Source: Eledone cirrhosa (taxonomy: Eukaryota). From it: a stretch of DNA of 64,000 bases. Shown here piece by piece: positions 1-12,128 of the stretch. Each line of letters starts with the position of its first letter. The first letter of the stretch is position 1. The DNA lies in the NCBI GenBank assembly GCA_964016885.1, contig OZ024740.1, positions 33,976,001 to 34,040,000 of the forward strand. The letters are read 5' to 3'. A program made the translations under genes and the position numbers. The notes under the pieces are model-generated. The model made no database searches and was not told the origin of the DNA. It saw only the letters and a list, made by a program, of their open reading frames with translations.

Positions 1-1770
1 CAATTGTCTCACCAAGAAGAAGGCATCTGTTGTACTCTTTCCAGGCACAAAACCAAACTGCATCTCATTTAGTTTGACCCTTTCTCTAATTAGTTGTGCT
101 AAAATCCTTTCTGCCACTTTCATAATCTGATCCATCAGTTTTATACCCCTATAATTGCTCCTCTCCAGAGCATCCCTTTACTTTTGTAGCAATTTATGAG
201 AATACTGTTGCACCAGTCTTTGGGTATGACACCACCATATATAGCCTGATTGATGATGCGTGCAACCAGTTTAGTGCCTACGTCCCCTGATGCCTTCAGC
301 ATCTCAGCAACTATTCCCGATGGTCCAGCAGCCTTACCATTTTTCATTTCCCTAATCGCCTCTTGGACCCTATATTCGTCAATCTCAATAGCTGGTCCCT
401 CTGTCGGATCTACTAAGGGTAATTTCTCTCTCTTCCATTCGTTCTCCACATTCATAAGTCTTTCATAATGACATTTCCAGGCCTCCTTTTTCTGATCATT
501 CGTGACACTAAGTACACCGGCATCATCCCGGACACATCTCCAACAACATCCTGATTTGCATTGACACACTGCCTTGCAATGTGGGACACCGCACACCTCT
601 GATCTTCCCATCGCAGAACATTGACAAACCTCCTACTCTCAGCCTCCCTGCGTGCTAAGTACACCTGACGTCTAGCTTCTCTCTTAGCGGCTGTATATTC
701 TTCCCTACTCCCATCCTTTTTCCAAGCCTTCCATGCTAGTCTTTTGTCTCTAATGGCTTTATCTACTTTGCTGTTCCACCACCAGGTCACTCTCTGTCTG
801 GTTGGAGCTCTGCTCCAGCCACAAGTTTCATCAGTAGCCTGCAGCAAGTTGTCACGTAAGAAATTCCAGTTATTATCTATGTCATACGTCTCTAAATCGT
901 CTTCTTTTTCGTCATATACATCTTGAAGGGCTTTCCTAAATTTGTATTTTAGTGAAAGGTCTTTTAGCTTCCAGACCTTTCTTCTCCACACCGTCCTGTA
1001 TGACTCATTCCATCTCTTGCTTACTGAGATATCACTAACGACTAACCTATGCTGTGGGGTACATTCTTCCCCAGGGTATGCCTTGGTATTAGATACTATC
1101 TACCTGTCCTACTGCCTAACTAGTAAGAAGTCAATCTGGCTTATATGCTCGCCAGATTTGTAGGTTATTAGGTGATTGGCAGATTTCTGGAAGTTTGTGT
1201 TGCAAATAGTCAGTGTACTTGCATCACAAAATTCAAGAAGTCTCACTCCTTCTTCATTTCTTGAGCCGTAACCGTGCCCACCATGCACCCCAGTGTAACC
1301 ATCCTGGAGCTGTCCAACATGACCATTGAAGTGCCCTGCTAGTATAACGATGTCTCCGTCCTCTGTCATTGCGGTTGTTCGTAAAAGTTGCTCGTAAAAG
1401 CAGTCTTTCTCATCTTTGCCTAGGCCTGCTTGGGGAACATAGGCAGAGATGATTGTCAGTAGTCTCCTGCCTACAACTAATCTAAGTTTAATTATTCGAT
1501 TACTAACGAACTACCTCTATTGTCTTATTGATCCATTTCTTAGCCAGGAAAATGTCTACTCCCCCTAACCCATCATCCTTACCTACCCAGAAAAGCTTAT
1601 AGCTAAGATGTTTGCCTATGACTAGTCGCAGAGGCACCTCTCCATCTCACCCCTTGCACGCAGCACACATCCACATGCCTTCTCTCCAGCATCTCCGCTA
1701 TTTCAGCAGATCTACCTCTGAGAGTGCCAACATTAAGTGTTGCAACTCTGAGACGCGACGTCTTCATATT
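1..1770 (-). mobile_element. RTE-clade LINE, subfamily 'C', degraded copy (APE endonuclease to start of RT; runs off the window edge)
   Basis: ORF fragments 1109-1369, 452-991 and 141-611 contain RTE endonuclease/linker motifs (GHFNGHVG, NTNFQK, QIDFLL, TWWWN, KAAGPSGI). Near-identical to 18560-20330 but with frameshifts and stops. Confidence 0.93.
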
Positions 1771-2254
1771 TTGTTGTTGTTCCTATTTGTTGCTGTGCTG
1801 ATGAGCGTTTTGGCATTGATACACTGGTTGGATACCCTTCCTAACACCAGCGCCACTTTACAGCATGGACTGGGTGCTTTTATTTGTGCCACCAGCACTA
1901 GAGAGGATGTCTTACTAGACTCAAGGGCCCTCTCTACCTCTCCATTTTACAGCATGGTCATAAAAAAAACCATATATATACATATATACACACATACATA
2001 CATATATACACACATACATACATACATACATACATATATACATACATACATACATATATATATACACACATACATACATGGTGGCTGCCAACTCGTTTTC
2101 GAGTACGGCCACTACTTTACACACACCACTCACACACACACATACATATATTACCGGCAGTACTGATACAAAATCAAAATCATGTCAACTGTTGACTTTT
2201 CCCAGTCCAGTTCAGTTTTTATATAATAATAATAATAATTGTTTGCTTTAAGCT

Positions 2255-2850
2255 GGTAATGGTGGTGGTGGTGGATGGTGTCAGTGTTGGTGTTGGTGTC
2301 AGTGATGGTGTTGGATGGTGTCAGTGATGGTGGTGGATGGTGTCAGTGATGGTGTTGGATGGTGTCAGTCATGGTGGTGGATGGTGTCTGTTGGTGTCAG
2401 TGATGGTGTTGGATGATGTCAGTGATGGTGTTGGATGATGTCAGTGATGGTGTTGGATGATGTCAGTGATGGTGGTGGATGGTGTCAGTGTTGGTGTCAG
2501 TGTTGGTGTCAGTGATGGTGTTGGATGATGTCAGTGATGGTGTTGGATGATGTCAGTGATGGTGTTGGATGATGTCAGTGATGGTGTTGGATGGTGTCAG
2601 TGATGGTGGTGGATGGTGTCAGTGTTGGTGTCAGTGATGGTGTTGGATGGTGTCAGTGTTGGTGGTGGATGGTGTCAGTGTTGGTGTTGGATGGTGTCAG
2701 TCATGGTGGTGGATGGTGTCAGTGTTGGTGTCAGTGAGTGATGGTGTTGGATGGTGTCAGTCATGGTGGTGGATGGTGTCAGTGGTGGAGGTGGATGGTG
2801 TCAGTGATGGTGATGGTGACTGATGGTGGTGGTGGATGGTGGTGATGGCG
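2255..2850. repeat. G/T-rich minisatellite, ~22 bp unit GGATGGTGTCAGTGATGGTGTT
   Basis: Tandem repetition is directly visible; a seed version occurs at 20812-20870. Confidence 0.9.
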
Positions 2851-3039
2851 GTACAACGCATATATATACATGAAATATACTGGGTAAAACATTACCTTGT
2901 TTCATTTGTCATCATTTGCCCCGTATATATTTCTACTGAATTGTACCGGCTTTTTGAAACTTATGATCTTTTATTGCTTATTTCACAATGCTTCATATTA
3001 ACTATACTACTTATATATATATATAAAACCAAACACACT

Positions 3040-3392
3040 CCAACCCACTACCCCACTCCATCCTCCCACTCCTGCCAACGCCACCCTTTCTCTATAAAGT
3101 TATGTTGGTACCACAACATCCAGTCCTAAAAAAATGAGGTTGTGTAGGTGTCACGAGAAAAAACACACAGTCCACGTTGTTAATGTGGCAGTGTAGGTAA
3201 CACGGTAAAAACCTCCCAGTCCACTGTAAACGTGGTTGGTGTTAGGAAGGGCATCCAGCTGTAAAAAATCTGCCATGCCAGATAGTCCAATACGAGCGAG
3301 ACATGGTCACCCGACCAATCCTGCCTCAAGTGGGACAACTCCCGTCTAACCCATACTAGCGTGGAAGATAGATGTTAAACGATGATGGTGAT
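3040..3392 (+). mobile_element. 5'-truncated RTE-type 3' UTR/tail (subfamily A-related)
   Basis: GTGGTTGGTGTTAGGAAGGGCATCCAG core, CCCGTCTAACCCATACTAGCGTGGAAG end, (GAT)n tail. Confidence 0.8.
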
Positions 3393-3640
3393 ATATATAC
3401 ATACACACACACTATTTATGTAACGTTGTTTCCCAATGGGTGGAACTGGTGACTCTGGTAGTAAATGATGGTGCAATAAATTAAAGCACTCAACGTTATA
3501 CAGATCATCCATTGTAGATGTGGTATCCAGTGGCTGGTGCAGGAATTGAGTGAAATATTCATTAAAAACAGCAGAAGACTGGATTGGAAACTTCATATCC
3601 TGTTCAAATCCTGTTCTCTCATATAACTAATTCTGAAATT

Positions 3641-3716
3641 AACATCTGATGAAATCACCTGGGTCTTACATCATATTTGGATGATGAAGCTGAGTCATTG
3701 AAATATGGGTAGTGTT
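3641..3716 (+). ncRNA. Degenerate type I hammerhead ribozyme motif (Penelope pLTR-type)
   Basis: AACAT-CTGATGA-stem II (CATCAT/ATGATG hairpin)-GAAA-TATGG-GTA-GTGTT. Stem I is AACAT/GTGTT; stem III is weak. Confidence 0.5.
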
Positions 3717-3811
3717 TTCATGGAATTAAAATTATAAAGTTTCCAGCCTGGCTTTCTGTTGTTTTTAATGTGTGTGTGTTATGTGTATATATATCATCAT
3801 CATTCATCATC

Positions 3812-4138
3812 ATTTCATTTTACGTCTGCTTTTCCCTGCTTGCAAGGGTGGGACGGGAACTGATTCTGGCTTGATTTCTACAGCTGGATGCTCTTCCTAA
3901 CACCAACCTCATTTACAGTGAGTGCTGGGTGCTTTTTTGCCGTGGCACCTCCACGACCACTTTGCAGTGGAATGATAGAGACCCCATTCCCTATCATCTC
4001 ATATCTACAGCTGAGTAAACTGGAGCAATGTGAAATAAAGTATCTTGCTCAAGGAAACAACACATCACCCAGTCTGAGAATTGAACTCACAACCTTTCGA
4101 TTGCAAGGCCAATGCTCTAACCACTAAGCCATGTGCCT

Positions 4139-4140
<2 letters not shown>
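3812..4140 (-). mobile_element. tRNA-derived SINE (family 1) with RTE-C 3' tail
   Basis: Head GGAGGCACATGGCTTAGTGG (A box) ... GAGTTCAATTC (B box); CCTTGAGCAAG core; tail CCCGTCCCACCCTTGCAAGCAGGGAAAAG matching the RTE ORF end at 17267-17305. Confidence 0.88.
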
Positions 4141-5091
<951 letters not shown>

Positions 5092-5286
5092 AGATAAATC
5101 TACCAAGAGTTTACGGTAGTGTCCAATTCGTATGAAGAACTCAATGTAATCCGGATATCATGGAAAGAAGAGATGCAATGAAAAGTCACTTTTGGTGAAA
5201 GATAAACGGAATACAGAGTCAAGATAAAATATTAAAAAAATAATGAATAAAACAATGAAACAGTTCCTTATATTAAACAAAAAAAG

Positions 5287-5430
5287 TTCATTATTTAACG
5301 ATCGTTTCTGGGATATATATGTGTTAGAATTGGCATGTATATTTAACAGATCTTTATACAAAATTATACAAACTATCAAAATTAAATATACATACCAACT
5401 CATATATATGCCGTCTTCAGAAATAATGAA
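5287..5430 (-). ncRNA. Type I hammerhead ribozyme with long stem II (inverted copy)
   Basis: Reverse complement of the 5465-5618 motif. Confidence 0.75.
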
Positions 5431-5464
5431 ATATATTTATTTATTTCATTATTTCATTATATAT

Positions 5465-5618
5465 TTCATTATTTCTGAAGACGGCATATATATGAGTTGG
5501 TATGTATATTTAATTTTGATAGTTTGTATAATTTTGTATAATTTTGTACATAGATCTGTTAAATATACATGCCAATTCTAACACATATATATCCCAGAAA
5601 CGATCGTTAAATAATGAA
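5465..5618 (+). ncRNA. Type I hammerhead ribozyme with long stem II (Penelope pLTR-type)
   Basis: Perfect 10-bp stem I TTCATTATTT/AAATAATGAA; CTGAAGA 5475-5481; ~115-nt stem II hairpin; GAAA 5597-5600; palindromic stem III ACGATCGT; cleavage triplet GTT. Confidence 0.78.
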
Positions 5619-5672
5619 CTTTTTTTGTTTAATATAAGGAACTGTTTCATTGTTTTATTCATTATTTTTTTA

Positions 5673-5728
<56 letters not shown>

Positions 5729-5786
5729 AAGTTACTGTAGGCTCACTCAGGTGAGCACTCGATGTTTTTAGTTTCACAACAGCAGA

Positions 5787-5867
5787 GGTCCGACGAGCTT
5801 TTGATTAGTCAGGCCAGCTCAATACAGATCGAACCTTGAGCTGATCAATAGTGAAACGCGCATCACC
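5787..5867 (+). ncRNA. Degenerate hammerhead motif
   Basis: GGT-CCGACGA (core variant)-stem II GCTTTTGATT...GATCAATAGT-GAAAC-GCGC-ATC-ACC. The core is mutated. Confidence 0.4.
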
Positions 5868-5918
5868 AATCAATAAACGTAATGAAGGCTTAACAAATTG
5901 TCCTTGTATTATTATTAT

Positions 5919-5960
<42 letters not shown>

Positions 5961-6666
5961 CAGAAGACCCAACTTCCCACAGACACAAGCTGAAACATAT
6001 ATACAGTATGCACCACCCCACTCTCTCATACATCTTGCTTGAGGACAGGCTGAAGTGTACATCCAGTGAAGCACCCAGCCCACACTGTAAAGTGGTAATG
6101 TAGGTGTCATTACAAAAAGCACCCAGTCCATACTGTAAAGTGGTTGTGTAGGTATCACAACAAAAAACACCCAGTACTCACTGTATGAGCAACACAGGGT
6201 TGGAAGCCACTTATATCATGTCTAATTTGAGGCATCATCCTGATTGCAAGGGTTTTATGAACATTTAATTTAATGTTAAAATGTTCAGAAATCAGAAATC
6301 TCACAAATATGTGAAAATTACCTTTAACTGTTAAGACTAGCTCATGTTTCTGTTGGCCACATTTATAAACCGGTTTCAACTAATTTTGAAAGAAAGAGTC
6401 AGTGAAATAACAGTGTAACATCATGAATGAAACTATCCAACATGGCTAAACAAATTTGGTGGCAAAGCAAATGTAAAATGTTTTGGTGTTAATAAATTCT
6501 TTCTTACGAGGTTAAAATTAGCTTGTTTCAAATAAAACCACAAAAGTATATAAAAATTAAGATCTAGATCTGTTGGAAGTAATCCATTTAGATATGTCTA
6601 TATATATATTTAGTACACATAGACCTTTCTTTTATACTTGTTTACAACCATATATATATATATACA

Positions 6667-7382
6667 CCATATATGCCGATGTACAAGTCGACATTTGGAG
6701 CCAAAAAATATCTCTCCAAAACCAGGGGTCGACTGTCTGTCGAATATATGTGAACCTTTACCACTGAGGGGTAAACAATGAAACTGCCTGCCTAACACTT
6801 GTACACCACTTACAATAACTCTAACAGCCCACCACAATTATTTCCTGCTGAATTTCATATTTGTTAAGTCTATTTAACGTAGAGATTATAATATCAATGA
6901 CTCACCGCAGCTGTTAGGTTACCATAGGTTAGTTAAGGTTAGGCTAGGCTGGTTTACTCAGTGAGTTAGAACTCACTTGTGACAAGTGTTTTTGAAGAAG
7001 TATCTTAGAATTGTCTAAACTATTGGAAAAACTACGGTAATTTCACCATGAAACAAAACTGACTGAAAGTAAAAATGATTCGACATGTAAACCTGCCATT
7101 CACATCAGCTGATGCACTTTAACATTCGCTGTACACCACTTACCGTAATTTTCATAGCCAATCATATTTATTTTACAACTATTTAGTGTTTATTTCCATG
7201 TTTTATATTTTGTGCAAATGAAGAATGGCAAGCACATCTAGGTCTGGGGAGATGGTTCTGCTTTATTTTTTTTTTTGGGGGGGGAGTCTTATCCGGCAAA
7301 TATAGGCCTAAACCTGAATTACACCTCAGAATTTTAGGAGTCGACCTATGCACCAGATGGACTTGTAGGCTGGCATATATGG
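6667..7382. mobile_element. Non-autonomous TIR DNA element (Tc1/mariner-pogo-like)
   Basis: Imperfect TIRs CCATATATGCCGATGTACAAGTC / GACTTGTAGGCTGGCATATATGG followed by TA. Confidence 0.55.
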
Positions 7383-8263
7383 TATATATATATTTTTTTG
7401 TAAATGCTAAAATAAACATTTCTAGGATAAAATTACATAAAAATAATAATTTAATATTTAGTCAAACATACAGAAAAAGAAAGTTGGGTGGCTATTGCAG
7501 TACTGGCCATTGTCCATGGAAATGCCTTTGCTATTTTGTCTGTGGAGCAACAGCTGAAACACCGCTCTGACTTAGGTGTAGAATCTGTTACCCTCACCCC
7601 TTCCCTCTTTCTTTCTTAATTATCCTCAACCTTTTCCTCTCATAGCATTTATAGTCTTTTGAATTGCTACTTTTTCTGTTTGACTAAATATTAAATTCTT
7701 TATTACCATTTACATTAGGACTGCCATAATATGTTTTGCAGCTTTTGTTGTGTGTTTGGTATTTGGTAAATGACAGAATTTGCAGGAATTAACTATAATA
7801 TGGGGTAGTGTGGGAGGATGTTATAATCACCACCATCATCATTTAACATCTGCTTTTCCATAGTTGGATGGGTCATCACAGATCATGTCTACCTCTCTGG
7901 CAGCCGATGGGACTATGTCTTGCTTATATACATTCCAGCACTTTACAGGGTATACTGGGTGTATTTTATCATTTGACTAGCATTAGGGAGGTTGTCATGT
8001 TTAATACAACTGAAGAATCCTTTCAACCCCTTTTGGAATGGTTTCTACAGAGGATGCTGTTCTTAACACTAATCACATTAGAGAGAGCCCAGGTTTTAAT
8101 GACGATATTGAGTTAGAGGGTGTTGTTTCCTTATTAATAAAAGATATCAGTTTGAACTGAGAGGTCAGTAGCTCTGCTTTAGTACTGACTTGGTCAGCGA
8201 AGACCTCACAAGGAAAACAAACATTAAATGATGATATACTTGATAGGGTTAAACTGAGAACTA

Positions 8264-8947
8264 CTGTATATACTCAAATATAATCTCCCACCTCTATTTT
8301 ATGTCTGAGAGATAGGCTAAATTCGAAACCCTGAGGCAGCTAATCAACTATTTTGATGCTTAAAATGTTTTAAGTGTCATTTAGAAGAGGCATGTCAAAC
8401 TGAGGGTCCACCGAGGGCCACATAGGTCATGTGTTGTCTGAGAGCCACACACGACAACTAATTGCACACATTACAACTAATTTTACGAAAATAAAACATG
8501 CTCGCATTGTAAAAACCTTTGTGCGAGCCACAGGTGTGCTTGTAAAGGGCCACATGTTTTTGACATGCCTGATTTAGAATATAATTTTTGTTTCAGAACT
8601 TCATTACATAATGTTTTTTTTGTTTTTTTTTAACCAATTTCTGACCATTTTGAAGGCCATATTTATTCAAAAGTATAGCAAAAACTATAGGAAATACAAA
8701 TTTCACGATAGCGAAACCAGTGTAATATTTATCTTCAAAGTGAAACTGGTGTAATATTCACCTCAAAAGTGAAACTTGTGTAATATTCACTTCTAATGCG
8801 AAACCATTTTAGTACCTCATTTACGTAGAATTTTGAAGTTGGTGAAAATTGGCAAAATATTGACCTCGAATATATGTCAACCCCTCATTTTACCATCGAT
8901 TTTTTTTTTTGTCACCTACTTCTTGGCTTATATACAAATAAATACAG
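8264..8947 (+). mobile_element. TA-flanked MITE (CCGTATATACTC-type TIR, pogo/Tc2-like)
   Basis: TA-CTGTATATACTCAAATATAA ... TTATATACAAATAAATACAG-TA; homologous copies at 11156-11606 and 54364-55203. Confidence 0.7.
8387..8571. mobile_element. hAT-type MITE nested in the preceding MITE
   Basis: TIR GAGGCATGTCAAAC / TTTTGACATGCCTG and a perfect 8-bp TSD ATTTAGAA at 8379-8386 and 8572-8579. Confidence 0.85.
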
Positions 8948-9054
8948 TAATTATTTTTTAATTTGTATTTTTTTGCTTTTTCTGGACCCTATTTTATGTT
9001 CTATTGTTTTCTTAGTGTTTTCCTATTGTTAAATTTAATTTATTTAATTTGCAG

Positions 9055-9171
9055 CCTGTACGACTTGGTGATGTTAATGGGTATGAACGACGGCATGGTA
9101 ACAGACATTTTTCTGCCATTAGTGAATATGAACAGATGCACAACAACAACATAGCAGATAACAAATTAGTT
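9055..9171 (+). CDS. CDCA7: CDCA7-like coding exon (PVRLGDVNGYERRHGNRHFSAISEYEQMHNNNIADNKLV)
   Basis: TTTGCAG acceptor, GTAAGT donor, 117 nt, phase 0. SEYEQ..NI..NK resembles the CDCA7 N-terminal helix motif. Confidence 0.72.
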
Positions 9172-9904
9172 GTAAGTTTTCTTTCTATTTTTTTGTTTAC
9201 AGTTAATAGAGATGAAAATATCAGTATCTGGAGAGTGGGGTTTGATAGATAGCTGTGCAGCAGCAGCTCATATATATATATAAATAAATAAAAATTGGCG
9301 TAGATGTTACAATACAATAGGAGGGAACATAATAATAGTACCACGGATGATGTTGCAGATGTGCAATGAAAGAACTTTGATAGACTATATATATGTTTAT
9401 ATCTATATTTTTAACCGTTGGTCAATCAATGATAAACATTGATTGCCAAATGAATTAACTGTGGAGATATAAAAGATACAGAAGCAAAAACCAACCAAAC
9501 AGTGTGTTCTGTTATTATTTCTGGCAATATTACAACAATATGACCCTCCCCAAGTATAACTATATATATATTGGAAAATGTGTGAAATCCTTGGTACAGT
9601 TAGGTATATTTAAAAAAAGGAAAAGAATGACTTCACTTGTAGTTCTAAACAATTTGATTTAATTTTATATTATGATTTGGTAGATCTAGTAAGTTCTTTG
9701 TTAACTTCGGTGGGAAGATTTTTAAAGACTCCTGTTTAACTTTCCTGGAGAACTTTCTCTTGCATTTGTGGCAATTGTCAAACTGAGATCAGGTTGTGTT
9801 GTGATATGTGACTATATATAAGAGAGATTTGGGTGTGTCAGTGTGTGTGTGTTAATGAGTGTGGGAGTGAAGGAGTATTGATGAAGATTTAAAAGAATTA
9901 AAGC

Positions 9905-10013
9905 ATTAAAATAACATTAAAGTTTAATCACAGAATCGCTGCTTTCACCCTTAAGATCTCGTTAAGGATGAAAGCAACGATTCTTTGCTTAAACTTTAAT
10001 CTGTTATTTTAAT
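9905..10013. repeat. Imperfect ~109 bp palindrome near (TA)n
   Basis: ATTAAAGTTTAA..GAATCG..GCTTTCA.CCTTAA / TTAAGG.TGAAAGC..CGATTC..TTAAACTTTAAT. Confidence 0.75.
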
Positions 10014-10102
10014 AAATATTTGCTCTAGGGTTCTTATATATTTGATATATATTTATCCTTATCGAGCCTACTTTGGATTTTAGTCTTTACATTTATTATT
10101 AT

Positions 10103-10162
<60 letters not shown>

Positions 10163-10810
10163 ATATACGTGAACAGTAAAGTATAAATGAACTAAGTGAG
10201 AAATTAAGTATAAGAGGGATCAGATGCTGTTTACTCGAGAGAAGACTATGTTGGTATGGTCACGTGATGTGCATGAAAGATGACAGCTGTATAAAAAAGT
10301 GCAGGGCGATCAAAATTGATATGAGTGGCCAGTTTCAACAGAAAGCGGTAGAGAATTCTGGCCGGTTTGAACATTAAAGAGTTAAAGAGTGTTTAAGAAA
10401 GGGGCTGTAAAAGTGCCCTCCAGCTGGTTCCATTTCAATAAATGACCTTTGATGAATATGTACAGGGATAGTTGTTTGTAAGAGCATCGGTGAAATAAAC
10501 TTCCTCCAATTTCAGGATTTCCATAGAAATTTGAATTAATAGCTGATAAAAATATTTTGCTTTTGAAAATGTTTGTGAAATATATGGTTTGACATATTGC
10601 ATTTAATATTTTATTCATATATTTTGAGTGTACCGGTTATTTTTTAACAAATAATATATAATAAATTTACAATTATACATATGTAACATTATTTTTAGCA
10701 TAATTGATTGCACCACGTTAAATATTAAAGTCATTAGACTAACATTACAAATTTTCACAGCAATCTGTCTAAAAAAGACTGTTAATATTAAATAAATAAC
10801 CACACTTTAA

Positions 10811-11007
10811 CTTTTTAGTATTTAAACTGGCTGTATCTGGCCAGAATTCTCTCCTCTCTTTCTGTTTAAACTAGCCACTTATACTGATCTTAAGGTATTG
10901 TTCTCAAAATAAATAATATCAAAATCTTGTAGCTTTGGTATGTGAGGTAAAGCTTTTACCACGAAAATACAATAGTATATATATAGAGGAATGTAAATGC
11001 TAAAGTG
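10811..11007 (-). mobile_element. piggyBac-family MITE, degraded
   Basis: TTAA-CTTTTTAGTATTTAAAC ... AATGCTAAAGTG; homologous to 50897-51110. Confidence 0.7.
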
Positions 11008-11076
11008 TTGAATGTAAGTTTTAAATCTGCAAAAATCTGTTACTATTTCTAATTGAATTAAACATTTTCCTTTTAG

Positions 11077-11124
11077 CTGGCACGTCTTTTACATGAATAC
11101 AGACTCGAAGCTCCAACTCAACTG
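11077..11124 (+). CDS. CDCA7: CDCA7-like coding exon (LARLLHEYRLEAPTQL)
   Basis: Pyrimidine tract plus TAG acceptor, GTAAGT donor, 48 nt, phase 0. Continues the NK.V|LA.L helix. Confidence 0.7.
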
Positions 11125-11155
11125 GTAAGTTGTCTTTGTTCATATACTATATTTA

Positions 11156-11606
11156 CCATATATACTTGTATATAAGCTAAGAAATATGTGACAAAATTAA
11201 TTGATGGTAAACAGGGGTTGGCTTATATCCAAGGTCAATATTTTGCCAGTTTTCACCAAATTCAAAATTCTATGAAAATGAGGAGCTAAAATATTTTCGC
11301 TTTGGAGGTGAATATTATACTGGTTTCAGTTTGCAGATGAATAGCGCACCAGTTTGTTTTAGATGTTTTGAATGAATATGGCCTTCAAGACAGTTGGAAA
11401 TTGGTAAAACACCATTACATAATAGAGTTGTGAAACTAAACGACACTTAAAACATTTTAAATATTAAAATATTAAAACTTCATTTCAAAACCATACTATC
11501 TAAACATTGTGTTGATTAGCTGCCCTGGCTTATACACAGGGTTTGGGAGTTTTGGTTATTTCTCAAGCATAAAATAGGAGGTGGACTTATATTCGAGTAT
11601 ATATGA
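11156..11606 (-). mobile_element. TA-flanked MITE, inverted relative to 8264-8947
   Basis: The right end reverse-complements to TCATATATACTCGAATATAAGTCCACCTCCTATTTTATG, matching the left end of the 8264 copy. Confidence 0.7.
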
Positions 11607-11639
11607 TAATTGCTAGAATTTGCACGCGCGCGCGCGCAT

Positions 11640-11670
11640 GTATGTATGTATATGTATGTATGTATGTATG

Positions 11671-11735
<65 letters not shown>

Positions 11736-11778
11736 GTATGTATATATATATATATATGTATGTATATATATATGTATG

Positions 11779-11813
<35 letters not shown>

Positions 11814-12042
11814 GTATATATATATATGTATATATATATATGTATATATATATATGTATATATATATATGTATATATATATATGTATATATATATATGTA
11901 TATATATATATGTATATATATATGTATATATATATATGTATATATATATATGTATATATATATATGTATATATATATATGTATATATATATATATGTATA
12001 TATATATATGTATATATATATATATGTATATATATATATGTA

Positions 12043-12108
<66 letters not shown>

Positions 12109-12128
12109 TATATATATATATGTATATA
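11640..12128. repeat. (TA)n/(TATG)n compound microsatellite
   Basis: Direct inspection. Confidence 0.95.
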
